Positions 55,318 through 61,854 of a DNA stretch of 61,854 nucleotides are shown here, in pieces. Made by a program: the position numbers and the translations under genes. Position 1 is the stretch's first letter, and each line of letters starts with the position of its first letter. Origin of the DNA: Myxococcota bacterium (GTDB lineage: Bacteria > Myxococcota_A > Polyangia > HGW-17). The DNA lies in contig DAIRVS010000005.1 of NCBI GenBank assembly GCA_036802685.1, positions 10,027 to 71,880 of the forward strand, given 5' to 3'. Under the pieces are notes generated by a model. The model did no database searches, had not been told where the DNA came from, and saw nothing but the letters and a program-made list of their open reading frames with translations.

Positions 55318-56358
55318 ATGAATACGATGCGTCTCATAATCCTGTGCTGCCTGACTTCCCTGGCCTTCTTCGCCTGCACCTTCGACAGTTCGGATCGGCT
55401 GTATCAGGAGCACTGCTCAAACGGTGTCGACGACGATCTCGATGGTCACGCCGACTGTGCCGATCCGGACTGCCACCACTACGGGGTTTGCGCCGGCTTC
55501 GAGGTCTGCGACAACGATGTCGACGACGATCGCGACTCGTTTAAGGACTGCGACGACCAGGACTGCTTCTTCAACGCGCTGTGCGCCGGTCCACGGGAGC
55601 TCTGTGACAACGGCGAGGACGACGACGGGGACACGTTCGCGGACTGCGCCGACCCGGACTGCGCCGACACCGAGGCCTGCCTGCATCCCCGGGAGCGCTG
55701 CGACAACGGCGAGGACGACGACGGGGACGGCTACGTGGACTGCGCCGATCAGGATTGCTACCAAGACGCGGCCTGCACCAACCGCCTCGAGGCCTGCGGG
55801 AACGGGGTGGACGACGACGAGGACGGCTTCGTGGACTGCGCCGACCAGGACTGCGTCGGCGACTCCCTGTGCACGGGCGATCCCGAGAACTGCGGGAACG
55901 GGGCTGACGACGACGGCGACGGCTACGTGGACTGCGTGGACCCCGACTGCGACGAGTTCCCCGCCTGCATCCCGGTGGACGAGGTCTGCGACAACGACGA
56001 CGACGACGATCTGGACGGGGACACGGACTGCGACGACGAGGACTGCCGCTGGTCGGTGTCCTGCCTCACTCAGGTGAACTGCGATCCCATCCTGAACGTG
56101 GGTTGCGCCTTCTGGAACGACGAGGCCTGCTACTACATCCCTCAGGCCAACGAGAGCACCTGCCACGCGCCCGAGGGCACGGTCCCTCTGGGCGGCACCT
56201 GCGTCCAAACCATTGACTGCGTGCCCGGGCACGCCTGCGTGGGCGGCTTCCTGGGCTCCACCTGCCGCAAGCTCTGCCACGTGCAGGGTGCCGGCGAGTG
56301 CGAGGTGCTCTGCTACGACGGCTTCGGCAACGGCAACATCGGACACTGCGTCCCGTAA
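55318..56358 (+). CDS. Cys/Asp-rich repeat lipoprotein (putative Ca2+/metal-binding surface protein)
   Basis: 346 aa, lipobox FFAC. Seven repeats of about 32 aa, ExCxNGxDDDxDGxxDCxDxDC, then a Cys-rich C-terminal domain. Confidence 0.88.
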   Translation: MNTMRLIILCCLTSLAFFACTFDSSDRLYQEHCSNGVDDDLDGHADCADPDCHHYGVCAGFEVCDNDVDDDRDSFKDCDDQDCFFNALCAGPRELCDNGEDDDGDTFADCADPDCADTEACLHPRERCDNGEDDDGDGYVDCADQDCYQDAACTNRLEACGNGVDDDEDGFVDCADQDCVGDSLCTGDPENCGNGADDDGDGYVDCVDPDCDEFPACIPVDEVCDNDDDDDLDGDTDCDDEDCRWSVSCLTQVNCDPILNVGCAFWNDEACYYIPQANESTCHAPEGTVPLGGTCVQTIDCVPGHACVGGFLGSTCRKLCHVQGAGECEVLCYDGFGNGNIGHCVP

Positions 56359-56367
56359 AGCGGCATC

Positions 56368-58491
56368 ATGGATCCCAATCTCCTCCGGTTTCTCCTGCTC
56401 CTGTTCGTCATCAACCTGGGCTTCCAGTTGGTGCGCCGCTTCCGGGAGGGTTTCGCGGCCGATCTCCCGTACAACCTGCTGCTCACCGGGGACGCCGGGC
56501 TGTGCGTCTACGCCCTGTCCTCGCCCGACCGGCTCGTCTCCCTGTGGTCCTGGCTGGCCATTGGCGTCTTCGTTGGGGCCGTCCTGATCCCGGCGATCCT
56601 TCAGTTGCTGGCCCAGGCGGCCATGGGCCGGGCGCGCTGGGAGCTCGCCCTGCGGTTGCTGGCGCTGCGACACGTGTTCGCCCCCTCGGTGGAGGTGCGG
56701 CGCCAGCTCGAGCACGTGGCGCGCCTGCGCCGCGCCCACTCGGGCAACGTGGAGGAGATTGAGCAGGAGCTTACGGCCGAGTTGGCCCGCGCCGAGGATC
56801 CCGAGGGCCGCCGCCTGCTCCAGGAGACCCACCTCGAGCTGCTCGCGTTCTCGGGGCAGTGGGAGCGCTGCCTGGCCCTGTACGAGCGCATGGTGCAGGA
56901 GGGCATGACCCGGCTCGGCCGACCCACCCTGGCCGTGGCGCTGATCCGCGCCGGCCTCGAGAGCGGCGACGCCGGTCGTGTCTGGGGGTTCTACCGCGAG
57001 TTGCAGCGGTTCGACCCGAACGATCCCACGGTCTCGTCCGCCCTGCTCTCCGCCGAGATCATGCTGCTGGCGGCTTACGGGTACGCCGATCAACTGGAGC
57101 GGGTCCTGTATCCCGCCCACCGCGCCCACCCGGTGTTTCCCGTCTCCTCCAAGCGGTACTGGCTGGGTCTGGCCCACCTGCAGGACGGCGCCACGGCCCG
57201 CGCCGAGACCTACCTCACCTTCGGACCCGCGCTGGCGCGGGAGAACCCCATCCTGGACCGCCTGGCCCGGGAGCTGGTCCGCCGCGGCCCCGCGCGCTTC
57301 GAGGCGCCCGACGACCGCCAGCGCGCGGAGCTCGATCGCATGGCCCACCAACTGCCCGCCCGCTTCCTGCAGGTGCGCGGTCCGCGCCCCCCGGTGGCCA
57401 CCGGGCTTTTCCTCGCCGGCATGCTCGGCGCCTTCGTCCTGCAGACCTGGCATGGGGCCGCGGACGATCTCTGGACCCTCTACCAGTTGGGCGCCAACTA
57501 CCGTTCCCTGAGCCTGTTTCAGGAGCCCTGGCGCCTGGTGACGGCCATGTTCCTGCACGCGGGGGTGCTCCACCTGCTGCTCAACGGCCTGATGATGTTC
57601 ATGTTCGGGCGCATCCTCGAGGTGCACTTCGGCTTTCTGCGCACCATGGCCGTGTTCGTCTTCTCGGGGGTGGCCGGGAACGTCGCCTCGGCCCTGTTCT
57701 ACCGGCAGGGCCTGTCGGTGGGCGCCTCGAGCACGGTGTTCGGCATGATCGGCGCCGTGCTGATGATGTTCGTGGTCGCCCGGGACCTGTGGCACCCGGT
57801 GTGGCGGAAAAAGCAGATCCACAACCTGATCTTCCTGCTGCTTCTGAACCTGATCCTGGGCTTCTCCATGTCCATGATCGACAACGCCGCGCACATCGGC
57901 GGCTTCCTCGGGGGCGCGCTGCTCGGGTGGTTCTTCCTGGTGTTCGGCTCGGCCGGCTGGCGACGGCACCTGGTGCGGGCGCTGGGCCTCGCCGCGCTCG
58001 GCCTGTTGATCTTCAGCGTCGTGCAGGTGTCCGGGCACCTGGGCACGGCCCGGATGACGCCGGTCTCCTGGCGGCAGGGCGGGCATGAGCTCACCCTGCG
58101 CGCGCCGGTCTTCTGGCAGCAGACGGTGGAGAGCCTGCAGAACCCCATCTGCCGGCTCATGCCCACGTTCTCGGTGACCCATGCCGAGCTCCCCGCCGCT
58201 GGTCTCCCCGAGGCCGAGGTGGTGGACGGGTTCCTCACCCAGTACCAGTCCCATGGCAAGCGCGACGGCCTCAAGCTCGAGTGGCGCGCGGCCGCCACGG
58301 ACGCCGGCGTGGAGGTGGAGTTCTCGTTCCGGTTTCAGCAGACCCCCGGCCGCGAGCGCCTGTTCATCCGCCTCGACGGCCGCATGCTGTGGGTGCTGCG
58401 CTTCGTCTGGGACCCGGGCTGCGCGGCCTCGGTGGGCCCGTTCGTCCTGCCCGTCGCGCGCTCGTTCCACGCGCGGCGCACCGGGAGTTGA
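56368..58491 (+). CDS. Rhomboid-family intramembrane serine protease with N-terminal helical and C-terminal soluble extensions
   Basis: 707 aa. EPWRLVTAMFLHAGVLHLLLN, catalytic GASS, DNAAHIGGFLGG. Confidence 0.9.
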   Translation: MDPNLLRFLLLLFVINLGFQLVRRFREGFAADLPYNLLLTGDAGLCVYALSSPDRLVSLWSWLAIGVFVGAVLIPAILQLLAQAAMGRARWELALRLLALRHVFAPSVEVRRQLEHVARLRRAHSGNVEEIEQELTAELARAEDPEGRRLLQETHLELLAFSGQWERCLALYERMVQEGMTRLGRPTLAVALIRAGLESGDAGRVWGFYRELQRFDPNDPTVSSALLSAEIMLLAAYGYADQLERVLYPAHRAHPVFPVSSKRYWLGLAHLQDGATARAETYLTFGPALARENPILDRLARELVRRGPARFEAPDDRQRAELDRMAHQLPARFLQVRGPRPPVATGLFLAGMLGAFVLQTWHGAADDLWTLYQLGANYRSLSLFQEPWRLVTAMFLHAGVLHLLLNGLMMFMFGRILEVHFGFLRTMAVFVFSGVAGNVASALFYRQGLSVGASSTVFGMIGAVLMMFVVARDLWHPVWRKKQIHNLIFLLLLNLILGFSMSMIDNAAHIGGFLGGALLGWFFLVFGSAGWRRHLVRALGLAALGLLIFSVVQVSGHLGTARMTPVSWRQGGHELTLRAPVFWQQTVESLQNPICRLMPTFSVTHAELPAAGLPEAEVVDGFLTQYQSHGKRDGLKLEWRAAATDAGVEVEFSFRFQQTPGRERLFIRLDGRMLWVLRFVWDPGCAASVGPFVLPVARSFHARRTGS

Positions 58492-58505
58492 CCGAGCCGC
58501 TCACG

Positions 58506-59234
58506 CTACCAGTTGATTTGTCGTTCCAGGGGTTCTGTGCAAAGGGTCGCCAATTGGCGGGCCAGGGCCACGGCGAGCCGCTCGCGGTGGGCGGGGTCGA
58601 GGATCCGCGGGCCCTCGGTCTCGTGGTCGAGGAAGCCGCCCTCCACCAGGAGGGCGCGGGTGCCGGTGGTCGTGATCACGTCGAAGGCGGCGGGGGCCAC
58701 CTGCACCACCTTGTGTCCGGCCGCGTCCAGGCGCCACGCCAGGCGCCGGGCCAGGTTGCGTGAGCCAACGCCGAGCGCCTCGCGCTGCAGCCGCGCCAGG
58801 TAGCCGTCCACCAGCGGGGAGCCGTCCCAGGGCGGGTTCCCGTCCCCGGGAGGGGCGTCACCGCCCGGCCGCGCCGCCGGATCCCGCGCCAGGTCCCCGC
58901 GGGGGTAGTACACCTCCACGCCGGTGCGGTTCTTCAGCGGGCTCGCATTGAAGTGGAGGGACACGAAGCACGCCGGCCGCAGCTCGCGCACCCGCTGGGC
59001 GCGGCGCCACAGGGAGACGTACTCGTCCGTACGGCGGATCTGTTCGACCCGCACCGGGTACCCCGCGAGCGCCCTTTCCAGCCGCAGCGCCAAGTCCAGG
59101 GTGAGGGTCTTCTCCCAGGTGCCGTCGACGGCCTGTGCGCCGTAGTTGGTGCCGCCGTGACCGGCGTCGACCAGAATGGTCACGGGGGCGAACAGGTACC
59201 ACAACGAGAAGAACAGAGGAGAGATGGTGAGCAT
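58506..59234 (-). CDS. N-acetylmuramoyl-L-alanine amidase (Amidase_3)
   Basis: Zn/catalytic residues present: VDAGHGG, EKTLTLDLA, VSLHFNAS, LLVEGGFL. Start uncertain (59234 or 59267). Confidence 0.92.
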   Translation of the reverse strand: MLTISPLFFSLWYLFAPVTILVDAGHGGTNYGAQAVDGTWEKTLTLDLALRLERALAGYPVRVEQIRRTDEYVSLWRRAQRVRELRPACFVSLHFNASPLKNRTGVEVYYPRGDLARDPAARPGGDAPPGDGNPPWDGSPLVDGYLARLQREALGVGSRNLARRLAWRLDAAGHKVVQVAPAAFDVITTTGTRALLVEGGFLDHETEGPRILDPAHRERLAVALARQLATLCTEPLERQINW

Positions 59235-59304
59235 GTATACACCTACATGTAGGTAAACTAGCACCAATCACCCCTGACCGCAAACTTTCCATCCCCCATC
59301 CAGG

Positions 59305-59334
59305 TCGAAATCGAAATCGAAATCGCAGTCGGGA
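59305..59334. repeat. Hexamer tract (TCGAAA)3 plus degenerate units
   Basis: Intergenic, between the amidase gene and the Cys-rich protein gene. Confidence 0.85.
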
Positions 59335-59343
59335 TGCGAGGGA

Positions 59344-60621
59344 TTACAGATCGTCGATAGCCATGCACAGATAACTCGAGTAGGCGTAGTCGCAGTTCTG
59401 ATCGTTCCAGGAGGAGACGTCCCCGAACCCGTTGTAGTTGAACCGGAGCCAGCAGGTGGCGTCGTAGTCGCCGCTGGGCTCGTCGTCCGTGCCCTCCGTG
59501 GCCCAGAACGCACCGTCGGTCGCGAGCGAGGTGAAGCCGCAGTCCGGCCGGCTGATGGTTTCTTCACCGCCCCCGCCGATCATCTTTTTTTCGCAGCACA
59601 CCTTGTAGACCGAGCCGCACCAGTTGCTCGAGCCGATGGTGGTGACCCCGTCGCGGGGGTTGTAGATGCCCAGCGGCCCCAGGAAATCGCCGGCCGTGAC
59701 CGCGCCGAGGCCCAGGGCGACGTCCCGGCCCAGGGCGTACAGGGCGGCGGTGCGGGGGGTGAACAGGGACAGGCCTGCGGCCTTGCAGGAGTCGTCGTCG
59801 GTGGTCCGTCGCGTCGCGAGGCCGCCCTGGACGTAGGCGAAGGTGTAGGCAGTCCCGTTCTCGATGTGGCAGTACACCGGTACCGAGGCCAGGGCTGTGG
59901 TGATTGTATAGGCGCCGGAGACGGTGCCGGGGACCCGGGCGAGCAGGTCCTTGCAGGAGGTGACCGCGCCGCAGAAGCCGCCGTCGCAGAAGCCCGAGCG
60001 GCAGTCGGCGTGCTGGAGGCAGCCCAGCCCGTCGGCGCAGGGATCGCAGGTGAACCCGCCGCAGTCCACGTCCGTCTCGTACGCGTTGTGGGTCGAGTCC
60101 TCGCAGGTGGGGATCTGGCAGATCAGCCCGCTGCAGACTCGGCTGGCGCAGTCCGAGCGCACCAGACAGTGCTGTCCGTTGGCGCAGGAGGGGCAGTCGC
60201 CGCCGCCGCAGTTGAGGTCGGTCTCGTCGCCGTTGGTCCAGGCGTCGTCGCAGGTGGGCGCGCCGCAGATCCCGTCGGGGCGGCAGTAGGCGACCGCGCA
60301 GTCGGCGCCCTCCAGGCAATGGAGACCGTCGGCGCAGGGGGGGCAGGCGCCGCCGCAGTCCTGGTCCGTCTCGTCCTGGTTGGTGACGCCGTCGGCGCAG
60401 GATGGTTCGATTACATTGTTCGTATTGTTGATGTTATTGACGTTATTGACGTTGTTGACGTTGTTGATGTTGTTGAGATTGTTGAGATTGTTCAGGTTGT
60501 TCGCGTTGTTGACGTTTCCGGCCGGCTCCGGGAGCCCGGCGGCGTCGAACGCGCAGCCTCCGGACACGAGGACCGACATGACCAAAACCGTAGCCAGGAT
60601 CAGGAAGAGGGGAGTCTTCAT
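59344..60621 (-). CDS. Cys-rich repeat lipoprotein with Asn-rich linker and fibrinogen-like C-terminal domain
   Basis: 425 aa, SD GAGGT, lipobox-like SGGC. Linker NVNNANNLNNLNNLNNINNVNNVNNVNNINNTNN. Three CxDxxxNxxETDxxCGG repeats, then SCKDLLARVPGTVSGAYTI. Confidence 0.85.
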   Translation of the reverse strand: MKTPLFLILATVLVMSVLVSGGCAFDAAGLPEPAGNVNNANNLNNLNNLNNINNVNNVNNVNNINNTNNVIEPSCADGVTNQDETDQDCGGACPPCADGLHCLEGADCAVAYCRPDGICGAPTCDDAWTNGDETDLNCGGGDCPSCANGQHCLVRSDCASRVCSGLICQIPTCEDSTHNAYETDVDCGGFTCDPCADGLGCLQHADCRSGFCDGGFCGAVTSCKDLLARVPGTVSGAYTITTALASVPVYCHIENGTAYTFAYVQGGLATRRTTDDDSCKAAGLSLFTPRTAALYALGRDVALGLGAVTAGDFLGPLGIYNPRDGVTTIGSSNWCGSVYKVCCEKKMIGGGGEETISRPDCGFTSLATDGAFWATEGTDDEPSGDYDATCWLRFNYNGFGDVSSWNDQNCDYAYSSYLCMAIDDL

Positions 60622-60751
60622 CGGTACCTCATGGTTGTCCGGGCGTCGTCGGTGCACCGGAACCGGTGGTCGGTCCGACGCGCCGACAGGGAAGTATCCC
60701 AGCGCCCCGCCGGGTTGTCAATGCCGTGGAGGGCCAGGGTGCGCACCCGCA

Positions 60752-60780
60752 TTGCCTCTCGCGCGCGGATCTGTTATACG
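60752..60780 (+). promoter_or_regulatory. Putative sigma70-type promoter of guaA
   Basis: TTGCCT-N17-TATACG with an extended -10 TG, upstream of SD AAGGAGG. Confidence 0.45.
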
Positions 60781-60802
60781 GCACCTGCGAGAAGGAGGCC
60801 CC

Positions 60803-61854
60803 ATGACCCAGCACCGGCCCATCACCGTCATCGATCTCGGGGGACAGTACGCGCACCTGATCGCCGCCAAGTTCCGCGGCCTCGGATACCATGCCGTGAT
60901 CGCCGACCCGGAGGCGCCGCTCGAGGAGCTCGCGAAGTCCAGCGGCATCGTGCTCTCCGGCAGCCCGTCGCTCTCGGCCTACGACGAGGATGGCTCGGCG
61001 GTGCGCCGCATCCTCGATCTGCCGTTGCCGATCCTGGGCTTCTGCTTCGGGCACCAGGAGATCGCCAAGCACTACGGCGGCACGGTGGTCCACGGGCAGC
61101 CCGAGTACGGCCCGTCCACCCTGACGATCACCCGGGAGTCCCCGATCTTCCGCGGGGTCCCCGAGAAGAGCGTGGTGTTCATGAGCCACGGCGACACCGT
61201 CACCGCGGTGGGGCAGGGCTTCCACGAGCTCGGCACCAGCGCCGCGGGTGACGGCCCCGTGCACCGGTTTGCCGCCATCGCCGACGAGGAACGCCGCCGC
61301 TGGGGCTTCCAGTACCACCCCGAGGTGGACGACAGCGTCTACGGGCACGTCATGCTCGGCAACTTCGCCGAACTGTGCGGCTGCGAGAAGACCTGGGACG
61401 CAGCGCACATGCTCCCGGAAAAACTCGCCTCGATCCGCAGGGACGCCGCCGGGCGCGACGTGTTCCTGCTGGTCTCCGGCGGGGTGGACTCCTCGGTGGT
61501 GGCCGAGTTGCTGCTGCAGGCGCTGCCCCCCGAGCGGGTGCACATGCTCCACGTGGACACCGGCTTCATGCGCGACGAGGAGAGCGCCGAGGTCCGCCGC
61601 CTGTTCGAGGACCGCGTCGGCGCGCGTTTCCACTTCGTGGACGCCTCCGCGCGCTTCTACTCGGCCCTCGCGGGCGTCATCGCCCCCGAGGAGAAGCGCC
61701 GGATCATCGGGGAACTGTTCGTCACCGTGTGCGAGGAGGAGATGTCCCGGCTGAACCTGTCCGACGCGCTCCTGGCCGCGGCGCGGATCTACCCGGACCC
61801 CATCGAGAGCGGGGGCACGCGGCGCGACCACGTCATCAAGACCCACCACAACCG
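60803..61854 (+). CDS. guaA: GMP synthase (glutamine-hydrolysing), truncated by the window end
   Basis: Not in the ORF track because it has no stop in the window. Translated by hand: DLGGQYAHLIA, GFCFGHQ, MSHGD, QYHPEV, VSGGVDSSV, VDTGFMR, EEKRRIIG, IKTHHN. Confidence 0.95.
   Translation, partial: MTQHRPITVIDLGGQYAHLIAAKFRGLGYHAVIADPEAPLEELAKSSGIVLSGSPSLSAYDEDGSAVRRILDLPLPILGFCFGHQEIAKHYGGTVVHGQPEYGPSTLTITRESPIFRGVPEKSVVFMSHGDTVTAVGQGFHELGTSAAGDGPVHRFAAIADEERRRWGFQYHPEVDDSVYGHVMLGNFAELCGCEKTWDAAHMLPEKLASIRRDAAGRDVFLLVSGGVDSSVVAELLLQALPPERVHMLHVDTGFMRDEESAEVRRLFEDRVGARFHFVDASARFYSALAGVIAPEEKRRIIGELFVTVCEEEMSRLNLSDALLAAARIYPDPIESGGTRRDHVIKTHHN

Noticed and set aside
56368-58491. Rhomboid as the sortase for the MYXO-CTERM-like protein at 24980..27598
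   Set aside because: Rhombosortases process GlyGly-CTERM, whereas MYXO-CTERM is linked to a CAAX-type protease. The genes are about 29 kb apart with no other link.
60660-60802. Purine riboswitch upstream of guaA (also checked upstream of purM)
   Set aside because: The predicted leader is only about 15 nt and no aptamer-like sequence was seen. purM is preceded by a 26-nt gap.

Overview
GC-rich chromosomal window whose gene content points to a Myxococcota-type bacterium (inference, no database search run). It is mainly a cell-envelope and surface-motility region mixed with housekeeping genes. (i) A nearly complete, rearranged Agl-Glt-like gliding/envelope motor is split over three loci: gltF-gltG-gltG' at 0.1-4.7 kb, gltJ at 19.7-21.5 kb, and a TPR/TPR/TPR-lipoprotein/GltF-like cluster directly followed by an ExbB-ExbD-ExbD (AglRQS-like) motor at 38.8-50.9 kb. 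(ii) A type IV pilus pilMNOPQ operon has a 1447-aa PilQ with a coiled-coil insertion of about 680 aa. (iii) purM is followed by a PurN-DUF523 (TudS-like) fusion; pdp, miaA and a partial guaA are also present. (iv) An ftsA-ftsZ pair outside a dcw cluster is followed by an RHH protein, a FliA/WhiG-like sigma factor coupled to a V4R-like protein, and a double cNMP-binding protein. (v) The conserved tRNA-Ser/tRNA-Ser/ffs/dnaX/ybaB/recR block. (vi) Several Cys/Asp-rich surface proteins, one with a MYXO-CTERM-like tail. Non-coding structure includes REP-like hairpin repeats, three (TCGAAA)n tracts and a candidate structured ncRNA at 22559-22695. No CRISPR array, transposase, integrase or phage gene was recognised. 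All domain calls come from motif recognition by eye and need HMM confirmation.
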